Virus record (IMG/VR): IMGVR_UViG_3300029305_005724 | Location: 32,001 to 96,000 of that record | Direction: 5' to 3' (one strand) | Source: a virus | Taxonomy: Duplodnaviria > Caudoviricetes | DNA length: 64,000 nucleotides | Shown here: positions 9,506 to 20,618 of the stretch, piece after piece | Position numbering within the stretch: the first letter of the stretch is position 1 | Layout of the letters: each line of letters opens with the position of its first letter | Translations under genes and position numbers: made by a program | Notes under the pieces: model-generated | What the model saw: the letters and a program-made list of their open reading frames with translations, nothing else | Databases searched by the model: none | What the model was told of the DNA's origin: nothing

Positions 9506-9658
9506 TAAAAAACAAACTTTAAAATAATAAAGACTTGAGGATGGATTCGTCTGAGTCCATCCTCAAATTTGTTTAAAATAATTTATTTTTTATTTTAAAT
9601 AGATATTATAATATAGATAAAACAAATCTTTATTATAGAATTAAAGGAGGTAATTATT

Positions 9659-10534
9659 ATGCCTTATCCACTTGAAGATTTCTTTAAACAGGCTGAGCAG
9701 GTTCAGCCTACGAAACCTACACTGATTACAACGAATTTTGATCAGTTGAACAAAAATGTATTTAAAAATAGTATTCCATATATCTCTCAAATGGATGATC
9801 ATAATCTATCAGTATTGATAAAGAATAATATCGATACTATTTCTGCTGATATTTTACAGGAAGATCAAGACTATGCTCCATTGTTTAGAGATCAAAAGTT
9901 TCTATCTTGCTTCATTAGAGCAATAAACTCTATTCCTATTGACTACTCAACCAAATTAGCTTGTAATAAAATCACATATGATTACTTTACTTCTGATAAT
10001 CCTGAAAAGGAAATCAAGCAGCAATGCTTGAATATGAGTAGAATTGTAAACAGAGATGTGATAAATAAGCTTATTGCAATTGGTCTTGATGAAAATACAG
10101 CTTGCAATCTTGCATTAGCTAGATATTCATCTTCTAATGAAAAGACTAATGTAAAAAGATTGAACTTTACAATTTATCATAAAGATCCTGCTGTGATGAA
10201 TGAGCAGATGATTGTTTGGATTTACGAAAAGTTCTTTAATAGAATCTCTGACCTTTTCCAAGCTACAATGTTTGAAGTTTATACACCTCAACAGCAGTTA
10301 GATTTTGGTGAGAATTTTATGGAAGTATATGGAACAGTGAGTTTAGCTATTCTTACTATTCTTAATAATATGACTTCTGAAAATATCAGAAAGGTTCTAA
10401 TGGGTTATTCTATTGAATGGGAGTATATGCATTTCCCTCAAGTTAGATTCAGTCTACATGCATTGAGTGCTGATTATTCAAGAATCAGTCGTGTAGTATC
10501 TTACTTGACGGAAAACGGAACCAATATTCCGTAA
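9659..10534 (+). CDS. Hypothetical protein
   Basis: RBS aaggagg, promoter motifs upstream, terminator at about 10548-10586. Confidence 0.8.
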   Translation: MPYPLEDFFKQAEQVQPTKPTLITTNFDQLNKNVFKNSIPYISQMDDHNLSVLIKNNIDTISADILQEDQDYAPLFRDQKFLSCFIRAINSIPIDYSTKLACNKITYDYFTSDNPEKEIKQQCLNMSRIVNRDVINKLIAIGLDENTACNLALARYSSSNEKTNVKRLNFTIYHKDPAVMNEQMIVWIYEKFFNRISDLFQATMFEVYTPQQQLDFGENFMEVYGTVSLAILTILNNMTSENIRKVLMGYSIEWEYMHFPQVRFSLHALSADYSRISRVVSYLTENGTNIP

Positions 10535-10656
10535 TTGTTGCATATCAAGGCTATCTAGAAGGTTTTCTAGATAGCCTTTCTTTTTTAGTATTTTATACGG
10601 ACATTAACTTTTTAATAACTGAATAACTTGTAATAAGCTTACTGGAGGTACTTATT

Positions 10657-11082
10657 ATGGCAATTATTAAAGTAAAAGATTCTAGAGATTGTCTCCATGA
10701 AGGTGAGAATAGAAGTGATATTACACTTATTCTTACTAGATATGCTAACGAGACCAATTTAAATGAAAAATACGATGAAGTTAATAAGCTATATCGTAGA
10801 ACTTCTGCAAATCATCATGCACTCAATCATCTTACATATACCATGGATATGGCTAAAAAAGATGGTAACACTGAACTCATTGCTCAGACTGTAGTGGCTC
10901 TAATTTCTATTAGGCCTGAATTAGAGGAGCACTTTATCGATATTATTAATGCATTCATTATGCAGACTGATGATATTGAAAATATGAATTTTATTGATGA
11001 AGTTAGACGTATTGGAGCAGAACTAAATGAAGATTTTGGTGACTGTGAATCATGTGCTAATTTTGATGAAGAAAGTAAATAA
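10657..11082 (+). CDS. Hypothetical protein
   Basis: RBS ggagg; AACT-N6-TA at 10606. Confidence 0.75.
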   Translation: MAIIKVKDSRDCLHEGENRSDITLILTRYANETNLNEKYDEVNKLYRRTSANHHALNHLTYTMDMAKKDGNTELIAQTVVALISIRPELEEHFIDIINAFIMQTDDIENMNFIDEVRRIGAELNEDFGDCESCANFDEESK

Positions 11083-11102
11083 ACAATTTGGAGGATAAAA
11101 AG

Positions 11103-12347
11103 ATGGCAGGTATTTTATCTCAGCAGTTTAGAGCAACCGTTTCTAAACATAAAGACTTTCGAATGAAAGATGAATCGGCCGCTGGAGTTGGATACTCTAC
11201 TGGCTTTCTTAATTTTGATTTCATGAATGGAACTGTTGTTCACGTAAAATCAAAAGAAAGAAATTTTAATTATTATTCAGTAGGAATTCAAGATGGATGT
11301 CTTGTAATGCTTATTGGTAGATCTGGATGTGGTAAAACTACATGGGCAGTTCAGACCGCATCTAATATTGTAAGAAATTTTCCGACCGCTTGCGTGTTTC
11401 ATGACGATATTGAAGGTGGTCTTACAGAATATAGAAAAGAACTTCTTAGTGGATTCCATGGAGAAGATCTTCAGCTAAAATACCTATCGAGAAATACTGG
11501 TATTACGGCTGAAAACTTTTATGAGCGTCTTCGTATGATTCATGATCTTAAGATGGAGAATCGTGAAGACTATGAATACGATACGGGTTACTTTGATTCT
11601 CATGGTGAAAGAATTTATAAGCTTGAACCCACTGTATACATTCTAGACTCTGTTGCACTCCTAATGCCTGCACAGTATACTGAAGAGGAAGAACTCTCTG
11701 GTTCTATGAGTGCTACAGCTGCCGCAAAAACAAATTCTATGAGCTTTAAAAGAATCATTCCTATGCTTAAGAGTGCTAATATTATTCTTCTTATGATTAA
11801 TCATATTAATAAGAAAATTGATATTAATCCTATGCAGAGAACAAAAGCTCAGGTATCTTATCTAAAACAGGATGAATCGCTTCCTGGAGGCAATACAATT
11901 ATTTATCTCACAAACGTGCTTCTTCGTTTTGATGATAATTCGAAGATGAAAGAAGATGAAGCATTTGGCATTTCTGGAAACTTGGTAGATGTTACCCTTG
12001 TCAAGTCCAGAAATAATAGAGCTGGTAAAACTTGTACCCTTGTTTTTGATCAGAATAAAGGATTTGATCCGGAACTTTCATTATTTGTGATGCTGAAAAA
12101 TGCAAAGAAAATTAATGGAGCTGGTGCATACCTTTATATTGGAGACAAGTCTGAATATAAATTCTCCCAGAAGAACTTTAAAGAGAAATTAAGAGAAATC
12201 CCTGAACTTCGTAATGCATTTATTGAAGAAGTCATGGTAATGCTTAAGGAAGATCTTGATAAGAACGATTCTGGAGATGAAAACGATAATTTCGATTATT
12301 CGTTGAGCAGCGAAATCTTGTCGAAATTCAATCCGTCTCAAATGTAA
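11103..12347 (+). CDS. uvsX: RecA/UvsX-like recombinase
   Basis: Walker A GRSGCGKT, DIEG, Walker B YILDSVA, INHI, PGG and VKSR motifs. Start at ATG 11103 after ggagg. Confidence 0.85.
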   Translation: MAGILSQQFRATVSKHKDFRMKDESAAGVGYSTGFLNFDFMNGTVVHVKSKERNFNYYSVGIQDGCLVMLIGRSGCGKTTWAVQTASNIVRNFPTACVFHDDIEGGLTEYRKELLSGFHGEDLQLKYLSRNTGITAENFYERLRMIHDLKMENREDYEYDTGYFDSHGERIYKLEPTVYILDSVALLMPAQYTEEEELSGSMSATAAAKTNSMSFKRIIPMLKSANIILLMINHINKKIDINPMQRTKAQVSYLKQDESLPGGNTIIYLTNVLLRFDDNSKMKEDEAFGISGNLVDVTLVKSRNNRAGKTCTLVFDQNKGFDPELSLFVMLKNAKKINGAGAYLYIGDKSEYKFSQKNFKEKLREIPELRNAFIEEVMVMLKEDLDKNDSGDENDNFDYSLSSEILSKFNPSQM

Positions 12348-12435
12348 ATCTCTTCATAGAGATATATTATAGATCTGATGGAGCGAATAAGTTCCATCAG
12401 ATCTTTTAGTACTTACAACAAAGGAGAATGAAATT

Positions 12436-14682
12436 ATGGCAAATTTTAATCAAGTTGAAGATATAAAAAATTTAAATATCGAAAAATCTGATTATATGCT
12501 TGGTAAAGGATTGATGATGCCTTTTAATCCTACCAACTCTGGAAGCCGTAAAATAATGTATGGCTCTCAGGCAGAACAGAGATTAGGTATAACAAAACCG
12601 GACGTTCCTTATGTAGGAACTGGATATGAATCATTATTTGGACAGAACTCTTCGTCTTTCAATAAAGTAGAAGAAGATCTGGAAGTAATTGGTTGTGTAG
12701 CAAAATTTGAATGGTGTCCTATGCATCATTATTTTGTATTTGCAATTAATAGAGATAATGGAGGACTTAGAGTATTTGAAAGAAAAGAATATAAGCATAT
12801 TACTGAGAATTATGGTTATCTTCTTAATAATGATATGCTTGATGCTCTTGTCCCTGGAAATATGATTCCGAAAGGAACCGTTATTCAGAAAAGCAATGCT
12901 TTTGATGAATATGATAATAGAATGGATGGTAAGAATCTTCTCACATTGTATTCTTCTTGTGAAGAAACAATGGAAGATGCTATTGTCATCTCTGAGTCAG
13001 CATCAAAGAAGCTTTCATCTCCATTAATTAAGAAAGTGAGTATTATTGTTAATGATAATGATATTCCTCTTAATCTTTATGGAGATATTGAAAATTATAA
13101 AGTCTTCCCGGATATTGGAGAAGAAAGTGTAAATAGTATTTTATGTGGTTTCCGCAGAGAGAAGAAAGAGGAAGCACTGTTCTCACAATCATATGCAAGA
13201 CTTAGAGAGCTTTCGATCTCTGATGAAAAATACACAGTTGCTGGAAGAGTTGTAGATGTAGACGTATATTGCAACGCTCCTGAAAAGCTTGGAGAATACG
13301 AATACAATACGCAGTTTAAGAAATATTATGATAATAATTTAAGAATGGCTAATCAAATTATAGACATTCTTGATCCTTATATTGCAGAAGGTTGCGAAAT
13401 GGAGTATGATCTTCAAGTTCTATACTATAACTGCAAAGGAATACTTTCTGGAAAGCATTATTTCTCTGAAAGAGAGTTTTCGAATATTGTTATTAATGTA
13501 ACTTTAATTGAAGAAATTCCTGTATTAAGAGGTGATAAGCTTTCTAACCGTTATGGCGGTAAAGGTATTACAGCTAGAGTAAAGCCAGATGAATTAATGC
13601 CTAAAACATTAAGTGGAGAAACTGTTGATATTATTTTGAATATGTGTGGCGTTTATGGACGTGAAAATGCTGGACAGCTTTTTGAAATTACCGTCACATA
13701 TATTTGCATGAAAATAATTGAATTCATCAATCTTCAGGTTTTGGACATTGATCAGTGTATTGAGCTTTATTTAAATCTTCTTCGTATTGTATCACCTTCT
13801 ATGGCTGATTATACAGAAGAACAGTTCACTAAAATGACTGATGATGAATGCATAGCTTATATGGCAGGAATTTGTGCTACAGAAAAATGTATGTATCTTG
13901 CAATTGAGCCTATGAGTGAAGCAATGACACTTGATAAGGTCGAACAGCTTTATCAAGAATTTCCTTGGGCAAAAGCTGAACATATGCTGATGCCTATTAC
14001 AGATTCTGCTGGAGAGATTAAATATATTCCCTCTAGAAGGCCCTTAATTTATGGATACCAATATATCTATAGATTGAAGCAGTATGCAGAGGAGAAGTTT
14101 TCTGTAACTTCATTGTCTGCTACAAATATTCGTAATGAAAATAGTAAGAGCAAGAGTAGCAACAACTATAGAGCTCTATATTCTAGAACACCGATTCGTT
14201 TTGGCGATATGGAAACTGGAAACCTTATACACCTTGGAGCTGAACTTGTTGTTCAAATGCTTATGCTATATTCAACATCTCCTCATGCAAGACGTCTTGC
14301 TCAAGAGATGCTTACTGGCGATGCATTCAATATCGATGTTAAACTGGATGAGGAATCTAAGAATAGAAATGTTGAAATACTAAATGTTTATCTTAAAACA
14401 ATGGGATTAAAATTAGTATTCAGCAGAAAACCTAAACAGTACGAACAACCGATGTTGATTGAACCGATGTACTTCTATGATAATCCTCATAGACTTGTTG
14501 AAGGACTCATTCCGTTAAATAAAGATGAGAAATTTGATATGGAAGCTGAAGTTCTCAGACTTATTAAGGAAAAGAATCATGAACAATGGGCTATGGATAT
14601 CTATCCTATGGAGTTTACAAGAGAGCCTGGAGCTTATGAGAAAGAACTTGCTGCCAAAGAAGCAGCCAAGAAATCTGAATAA
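12436..14682 (+). CDS. RNA polymerase beta subunit, C-terminal half (probably non-virion RNAP)
   Basis: PFNPTNSGSR, EDAIVISES, GDKLSNRYGGKG, VDIILN, YIYRLKQ and RFGDME; early-type promoter. Confidence 0.92.
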   Translation: MANFNQVEDIKNLNIEKSDYMLGKGLMMPFNPTNSGSRKIMYGSQAEQRLGITKPDVPYVGTGYESLFGQNSSSFNKVEEDLEVIGCVAKFEWCPMHHYFVFAINRDNGGLRVFERKEYKHITENYGYLLNNDMLDALVPGNMIPKGTVIQKSNAFDEYDNRMDGKNLLTLYSSCEETMEDAIVISESASKKLSSPLIKKVSIIVNDNDIPLNLYGDIENYKVFPDIGEESVNSILCGFRREKKEEALFSQSYARLRELSISDEKYTVAGRVVDVDVYCNAPEKLGEYEYNTQFKKYYDNNLRMANQIIDILDPYIAEGCEMEYDLQVLYYNCKGILSGKHYFSEREFSNIVINVTLIEEIPVLRGDKLSNRYGGKGITARVKPDELMPKTLSGETVDIILNMCGVYGRENAGQLFEITVTYICMKIIEFINLQVLDIDQCIELYLNLLRIVSPSMADYTEEQFTKMTDDECIAYMAGICATEKCMYLAIEPMSEAMTLDKVEQLYQEFPWAKAEHMLMPITDSAGEIKYIPSRRPLIYGYQYIYRLKQYAEEKFSVTSLSATNIRNENSKSKSSNNYRALYSRTPIRFGDMETGNLIHLGAELVVQMLMLYSTSPHARRLAQEMLTGDAFNIDVKLDEESKNRNVEILNVYLKTMGLKLVFSRKPKQYEQPMLIEPMYFYDNPHRLVEGLIPLNKDEKFDMEAEVLRLIKEKNHEQWAMDIYPMEFTREPGAYEKELAAKEAAKKSE

Positions 14683-14791
14683 TAATGCTCAAAGCAATAA
14701 AGGCATAGTCATATTTGACTATGCCTTTATTTTTTATATTCTTTCTTAGTTATATAATATAATCTTGATAAAAAGAAAGGAGATAATTATT

Positions 14792-17086
14792 ATGTATGAA
14801 ATATTAAACAAAATACTGTCTAGACTATTGTCTGGAGATTTATCTGTATTAAATTCTGAAAATGTTATCATGGTAGCTGATCAGGCTATTGATTTGTTAA
14901 ACAAACCCGTTTGGGATGAGCATGATAAAATGTGTGCTAGTATTATTATTAGCATGAGTCAAATTGTTTATAACAATACTGATTGTTCTGTATTGTTTCT
15001 AGATGATGGAATCTATGATTTACTTCTAGAAAAATACAAAGAATATGATAAAAATTTCATGGTAGGCGCCCCAATAGTGCAATTTAATCAGCAAGGGGAA
15101 GCCGTTGTTGAAAAAGAGTTTATAGAGCCGATGGTTTTTGTTGAAAATCCTGATATTTTTGAGCAAAACTCATTTTATTTTGATGATATTAATAAAAGAC
15201 CTCCGCTGGATATAAACCTTATTAAAGACATTGATAGAAATTCTGGAAAAGTAATTTCTAAGAAAAATGTTAAGGTTCCTCATATGTACCCAAAGCTTGT
15301 AGGCTCTCTTGATAAGTGTAAATTTACACTTAATTGTGAAGCTATAGATAGAGGTGCATTTGAAGATGACAATGTTAAAGTCTTCGAAAGAGACTTTTTA
15401 GCAAAGCATTTGCAAATGGGTCTTATAGATATGACTACTCCATTTGAGCTTGTTGCAGAGCTTAAATACGATGGTGTATCTGTAGAGGCAGATGTCACAA
15501 ATAAAATTCTAAGTGCAAGATCTCGTGGAGACGTAAATGAAGATATAGCAGCGGATATGACAGAAATATTTGGCGGATATCAATTTCCTTATGCTCCTGA
15601 GATTCCTGAAACGGAAGCATTTGGAATGAAATTTGAAGCAATAATTAGCTATATTAACCTCGATAAGCTTGGAAGATTAAAGGGTAAATACTATAAAAAC
15701 AGCAGAAATGGTATTATTGGTCTTTTGGGATCTTCCGATGCTTATGACTATAGAGATTTAATTACACTTATTCCATTAGCAACTTCTATGGAAGATATCG
15801 ATAGAGTTACAGAAATAGAATTCTTAAATAAGTATTATCATTCTGGAGAATATCTAAGATATTCAGTGCTTAAAGGAAACTATACAAGTATTCTTTATCA
15901 AGTAAGAAAATTCGTAGAAGAAGCTGAAACTATGAGAAATATGCTTCCGTTTATGTATGATGGAGTAGTTATTTCTTATAGAGATCCTAAAATAATCAAG
16001 GCACTTGGTAGAGAAAATTCTATAAATAAATATAGTATGGCTATCAAGTTCAATCCTCTTGTTCGAGAAGCTGTATTCACAGGATATACTTACAGCATAG
16101 GACAAGATGGAACAGTAACCCCAATGATCCATTACACCCCAGTAGAATTTTATGGAACAATTCATACAAAATCTAGTGGTCATTCTTATAAAAGATTTAT
16201 AGATTTACAGCTTGCTATTGGGGATATAATTCAGGTAGAATACACGAATGACGTTATGCCATACGTGACAAAACCTGAAATTATGGCCAATTATAGAAAT
16301 GCGAATGAGCCAGAGTTATTTCCCGAGTTCTGTCCTTATTGTGGAACAGCACTTATTGTTAATGAGTCTGGTAAATCTGCAATTTGTCCTAATAAGCAAT
16401 GCCCGGAAAGAGTTATTGCTAAAATGGCAAATATGATGTCTAAGCTCAATCTCAAAGATTTTGGAGAGGAGACATTTAGATTTCTTGGGACTAAGAGCTT
16501 GAGTCAACTTCTTAATTACACTTATGAAGATATTAAAGAACTTGGTCCAGCTACTGCTGAAAAACTTCTTGAAAGAATAAATGAAGTTAAAACGACTCCA
16601 TTATATGATTATAAAATTATGGGATCTATCGGATTTACAGGAATAGCTGTAGAAACGTGGAAGAAGATTCTTAATGTAATTCCTTTAGTAGAAGTGGCAA
16701 CAGATTCAGATGAAGATCTTTATCTAAAGCTTAAATCTATTAAAGGAATTGGAGAAGTAACAGCAAAAATTATTGTTCATGAGAGGCATGATTTGGAGAG
16801 TGATATATCGGAAATTTTAAGACTACCTAGTTTAATGATTTCTTTTGGAGTTAAATCTGGAAAGATGATTAGATACACTGGTTGTCGTCCGACTGATGAA
16901 CTTACAAATTATTTAACCTCTAAAGGTTGTGATGCTAGAGCTGATGCAGGAGTTACAAAAGCTACAGATGTGCTTGTAGTTCCTTATAACGGATTCTCTA
17001 GTTCCAAAACATCAAAAGTTGGAGATAATACTATAATTGTGGATTATGCCGCTTTTAGTGCAGATCCTGATAAGTATATCTCTTGA
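14792..17086 (+). CDS. ligA: NAD-dependent DNA ligase
   Basis: DDGIYD (domain Ia), ELKYDG, SRGD, NSRN, DGVVI, AIKF, OB fold, C4 Zn finger (CPYC..CPNKQC), HhH (IKGIGE) and BRCT-like tail. Confidence 0.93.
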   Translation: MYEILNKILSRLLSGDLSVLNSENVIMVADQAIDLLNKPVWDEHDKMCASIIISMSQIVYNNTDCSVLFLDDGIYDLLLEKYKEYDKNFMVGAPIVQFNQQGEAVVEKEFIEPMVFVENPDIFEQNSFYFDDINKRPPLDINLIKDIDRNSGKVISKKNVKVPHMYPKLVGSLDKCKFTLNCEAIDRGAFEDDNVKVFERDFLAKHLQMGLIDMTTPFELVAELKYDGVSVEADVTNKILSARSRGDVNEDIAADMTEIFGGYQFPYAPEIPETEAFGMKFEAIISYINLDKLGRLKGKYYKNSRNGIIGLLGSSDAYDYRDLITLIPLATSMEDIDRVTEIEFLNKYYHSGEYLRYSVLKGNYTSILYQVRKFVEEAETMRNMLPFMYDGVVISYRDPKIIKALGRENSINKYSMAIKFNPLVREAVFTGYTYSIGQDGTVTPMIHYTPVEFYGTIHTKSSGHSYKRFIDLQLAIGDIIQVEYTNDVMPYVTKPEIMANYRNANEPELFPEFCPYCGTALIVNESGKSAICPNKQCPERVIAKMANMMSKLNLKDFGEETFRFLGTKSLSQLLNYTYEDIKELGPATAEKLLERINEVKTTPLYDYKIMGSIGFTGIAVETWKKILNVIPLVEVATDSDEDLYLKLKSIKGIGEVTAKIIVHERHDLESDISEILRLPSLMISFGVKSGKMIRYTGCRPTDELTNYLTSKGCDARADAGVTKATDVLVVPYNGFSSSKTSKVGDNTIIVDYAAFSADPDKYIS

Positions 17087-17281
17087 TAGATTAAGGGAGC
17101 ACTAATGCTCCCTTTTTCTTTTGCATATATTTGTAATAAAATTACATTTAACAAAAACCGTTGTAAAAAGTTACAAAGACTTAAACTTTTTAGTAATCGT
17201 ATATTATAAATTTGAAGATAAGTCTCTCAGTGGGAATTGAGAGACTTTCTTATATACAAAAATTTTAGGAGGATTTTTACC

Positions 17282-17893
17282 ATGAGCAAAACTTTCGAAT
17301 TCGAGCAGACCAGCATTCCCAGTCAATTTTCTATCAACCTGAAGGATAACTTCGGTATGTTGTGGGTAGACACTAGAAGTGCTGATCTCTATCGCACCCT
17401 GTTTTCTGCAATTGCAGATACTCTTAAGCATAATCAGTCTAAAGAGGCTGGCCGTATCGGAATGATCATGAAAGACGATAAGGGTCATTTCAAACTCGGT
17501 GCTATTCTTACCTATAAGAAGCCTGAGGAAGATTCTGAAGAGGATACCGGTAACTGGTATCTTGAGTTCACGCTCGATCCTGAAGATATGACGGATCTTG
17601 CGCTTGAGATCGATAACCATTCTGACGTATTTATTCGTTGTGCAGCTGAAGAGGCAAACAATATTTGTTATGGCCGTTTCCGCTCCACCGAAATCATGTA
17701 CAATATTTTCAACTGTGCAATTGACACCCTTGTACAGTTCCTCGATGTAAATGCAACTGAAGCAGATGATGTTGATGTAAATCTTCGTGGCATCTTTACA
17801 GCTTCTGTCGCAATCGAAGGCGGTAAGAAAGTGATGTCTATTGTTCCTGGAGAATATATCAAGCAGATTATCAAGAATGATGCTGCTCTCTGA
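17282..17893 (+). CDS. Acidic protein with apparent tandem HU/IHF-like fold
   Basis: C-terminal half helix-VNLRGIF-strand-KKVMSIVPGEYIKQII resembles the HU pattern VxLxGFG...KVPxFxPGKxLK. RBS aggagg and both promoter types upstream. Confidence 0.5.
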   Translation: MSKTFEFEQTSIPSQFSINLKDNFGMLWVDTRSADLYRTLFSAIADTLKHNQSKEAGRIGMIMKDDKGHFKLGAILTYKKPEEDSEEDTGNWYLEFTLDPEDMTDLALEIDNHSDVFIRCAAEEANNICYGRFRSTEIMYNIFNCAIDTLVQFLDVNATEADDVDVNLRGIFTASVAIEGGKKVMSIVPGEYIKQIIKNDAAL

Positions 17894-17979
17894 TAAATAA
17901 TCCAAGATAGAAAACCGGATGGTTTTTGGCCATCCGGTTTATTTTTAAACTATTATTTTATTTTTGGAGGGCGGATATT

Positions 17980-18621
17980 ATGTCATTAGAAAAAGCAAAA
18001 ATCGATGATGCGATTTATGACGTTATAACTATTGATGAATTCAATCAGAACCCTAACGCATATGGCGCATATACTGCTATCAGAGGAAATGATGGCTATG
18101 TTTATCCGATTAGATCGAGATCGGATACAAGACCAGGATTTTATCCTACAGGAGGTCTTGATTTCTTTAAGCCTCCGACATTCGGAGAAGCTCATATCTA
18201 TACTCAGCAAAATATTATCAATTTTAGGGATGCTACAAATCTTAGAGAAATAATTCAAGCACAGCAGAAGCTTGCAAGTGCTGAGAGATCTATTCTTACC
18301 ACTATTGATAATGTATTTGCTCCAGATATTGGAGAAAATGATACGCCTGAGATGAAAGCTCTTAAGCAGGCCATTCTGGATAAGCATATCGACCTAGATA
18401 AGTATGAACCCAGATTTGGTCCTAATTATAATAATGATAAAAGACTTCTTAGGAAGAAGAATATCACATTTGGAAAGCTAAGATCTATTTGTAATGCTCT
18501 TGATATCAAAGCTACTATTACAATTGAAGATGCTGGGCCTGATGTTCCGAATCCTATTGGTCGAACAATCGTTGCTGAATTAACTGGCGGTGGTGCAACT
18601 GTTGATGAAGAGGAGGATTAA
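17980..18621 (+). CDS. Hypothetical protein with C-terminal Cro/XRE-like HTH segment
   Basis: NITFGKLRSICNALDIK resembles the XRE C-terminal helices. Start at ATG 17980 after ggagg. Confidence 0.6.
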   Translation: MSLEKAKIDDAIYDVITIDEFNQNPNAYGAYTAIRGNDGYVYPIRSRSDTRPGFYPTGGLDFFKPPTFGEAHIYTQQNIINFRDATNLREIIQAQQKLASAERSILTTIDNVFAPDIGENDTPEMKALKQAILDKHIDLDKYEPRFGPNYNNDKRLLRKKNITFGKLRSICNALDIKATITIEDAGPDVPNPIGRTIVAELTGGGATVDEEED

Positions 18622-18623
18622 AT

Positions 18624-20402
18624 ATGCTTACTCAGAGAGAACTTGTTGCAAACTTTATCCGAGATAAGAGAGAGCCGTTTAATCCTCTCTTTTTCAAACG
18701 GGATGAAGATGAAATTGTTACTGAATTGATGAATGTTATTTATTCTTGTGAACGTGAGAATCAATACTTCACAATTAAAGTTGATTCGTATCGAGTCGTA
18801 GATAACTATGAAGAGATTAATAATATCCTTTATCATTATTACGAAGATCTTACGAAAAATAAATCAAAATCAAAGAAAAGGGACAATCAATATGCATTCA
18901 TAAATCTTAATGAATCCTGTATCAGACTTTTGATTGTTCGCTATTATATAAAAGATAGGAATGAAGAAGACTATCTCGACGTTCTTATCGCAATTCCAAG
19001 AGTTATTGATAAGTACTATTTCAAAATAAATGGAATTATGCGTTCCACATTATTTCAGATTGTTGATGGTAGTACCTATAACAATGGAACTTCAAATGCG
19101 AAAGTCCCTAGTATTACGCTAAAGATTATATTCATGGCAGTACGTGTTAGCAGATACTATAATACATTAAAGACAACAGAAGGTGAAGAGCTTAGAATGA
19201 CTTATTACCATTCTAGAATCTTTAATAAAGGTATTGCTGCTGCTAAATATATCTTTGCTAAATTCGGGTATTATGGAGGTCTAAATTTCCTTGGTCTTGA
19301 GGGATCTATCTATCTTACTAGAGAAGACCCGCATGATTCAGATATGTACACCTTCAAAGTGCATGAAAATGCATATATAAGCAGTCCTAAGTTTCTTGTA
19401 GATAGAAATGTAATGCTGCAATCTGTAATTGTAACCCTTTATAATAGTATTATTGAAGGAATTCCTTTTGAAACTCTATTTGATAATCTTTATTGGGTTA
19501 GAAATCTCGGTGCTGAATTTAGTGGTGGTGATGAACGACTTGTATCAGTATATGATGAAGAAGATGATACCACCCCTGATACTTTAGACAAAGGATATAG
19601 CATTCTTGACTCGTTTGAGTCCATTTATGATATCAGTACAAAACGTTCTATCAAACTTCCTGAAGAGGATAAAGAAACAACGTATCATGTACTAAGATGG
19701 ATTATGAGAGAATTTAATGCTCTTCGTCTTAAAGATAACCTTGATATTAGATGCAAAAAGATTCGTTTTGCTGAGTATATTGCATCTCTTTATGCATTTA
19801 AGATTGCAAGAGGTATTTATCGTGTTTCTGATATGAATAAGAAAGCTAGTATTCTTAGCATTCGTAAAGCTATTAGAACCGACCCTAATTATCTTCTTGT
19901 GGCAATTACCAAATCCAAAATGGTATCATATAGAAACATGGTTTCTGATCTTGATGCTATGCAGGCTCTTAAGTACACTTACAAAGGTGTATCTGGCCTT
20001 GGAGAAAATTCAAATAATTCTATTCCTGATATCTATCGTTCTATCCATCCTAGTCATATTGGTCGTGTAGATCTTGATGCATCTAGCGATGGAAATCCTG
20101 GTATTACAGGAACTCTTTGCCCCTATGCTCCAGTGTATGATGGATTCTTTGAAGACTATCATGAACCAAATGCATGGGCATCAGAGTTTATGGAAACTAT
20201 GGAAGAATATAAGAAAGCTCAAAATCTTAAAGATGCTTTGATCTTTGAAGAGAGAATTTTGGGTAAAGATAAGACGGAAGAGATAGAAGTGACGTCTGAA
20301 ATCATTGCCTCGATGCAACAAATTATTAAACCAATGATTTTTGCAGATCAAGGCGAAGAAATCAGTATGGAGGACGTGCTCTATGGCTCAAACAAAAATT
20401 AA
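18624..20402 (+). CDS. RNA polymerase beta subunit, N-terminal half
   Basis: IPR....YFKING (RpoB region A). RSIHPSHIGRVDLDASSDGNPGITGTL corresponds to [24 protein letters not shown]. Confidence 0.88.
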   Translation: MLTQRELVANFIRDKREPFNPLFFKRDEDEIVTELMNVIYSCERENQYFTIKVDSYRVVDNYEEINNILYHYYEDLTKNKSKSKKRDNQYAFINLNESCIRLLIVRYYIKDRNEEDYLDVLIAIPRVIDKYYFKINGIMRSTLFQIVDGSTYNNGTSNAKVPSITLKIIFMAVRVSRYYNTLKTTEGEELRMTYYHSRIFNKGIAAAKYIFAKFGYYGGLNFLGLEGSIYLTREDPHDSDMYTFKVHENAYISSPKFLVDRNVMLQSVIVTLYNSIIEGIPFETLFDNLYWVRNLGAEFSGGDERLVSVYDEEDDTTPDTLDKGYSILDSFESIYDISTKRSIKLPEEDKETTYHVLRWIMREFNALRLKDNLDIRCKKIRFAEYIASLYAFKIARGIYRVSDMNKKASILSIRKAIRTDPNYLLVAITKSKMVSYRNMVSDLDAMQALKYTYKGVSGLGENSNNSIPDIYRSIHPSHIGRVDLDASSDGNPGITGTLCPYAPVYDGFFEDYHEPNAWASEFMETMEEYKKAQNLKDALIFEERILGKDKTEEIEVTSEIIASMQQIIKPMIFADQGEEISMEDVLYGSNKN

Positions 20403-20616
20403 ATACTTTATCTATTCTGCAGAACAATTGCAGATGATGCGCTCAGTTGAATCTAGGCTAGGAAAGAAATTTCAGGTTGGACAAGTAATAGTAAATGGTG
20501 TTAAAAAGCCTTTTACAGAATTATCTCTAACTGATAAATCTCGATATAGTGATGCTAAAATTGTAGCGCAAGGCGATCCTGATAAAATGAGCTATACACT
20601 TCCTGGTGGGAGGTAA
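20383..20616 (+). CDS. Small basic hypothetical protein
   Basis: ggagg at 20369 then ATG 20383; overlaps the upstream stop. Confidence 0.7.
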   Translation: MAQTKIKYFIYSAEQLQMMRSVESRLGKKFQVGQVIVNGVKKPFTELSLTDKSRYSDAKIVAQGDPDKMSYTLPGGR

Positions 20617-20618
20617 AT

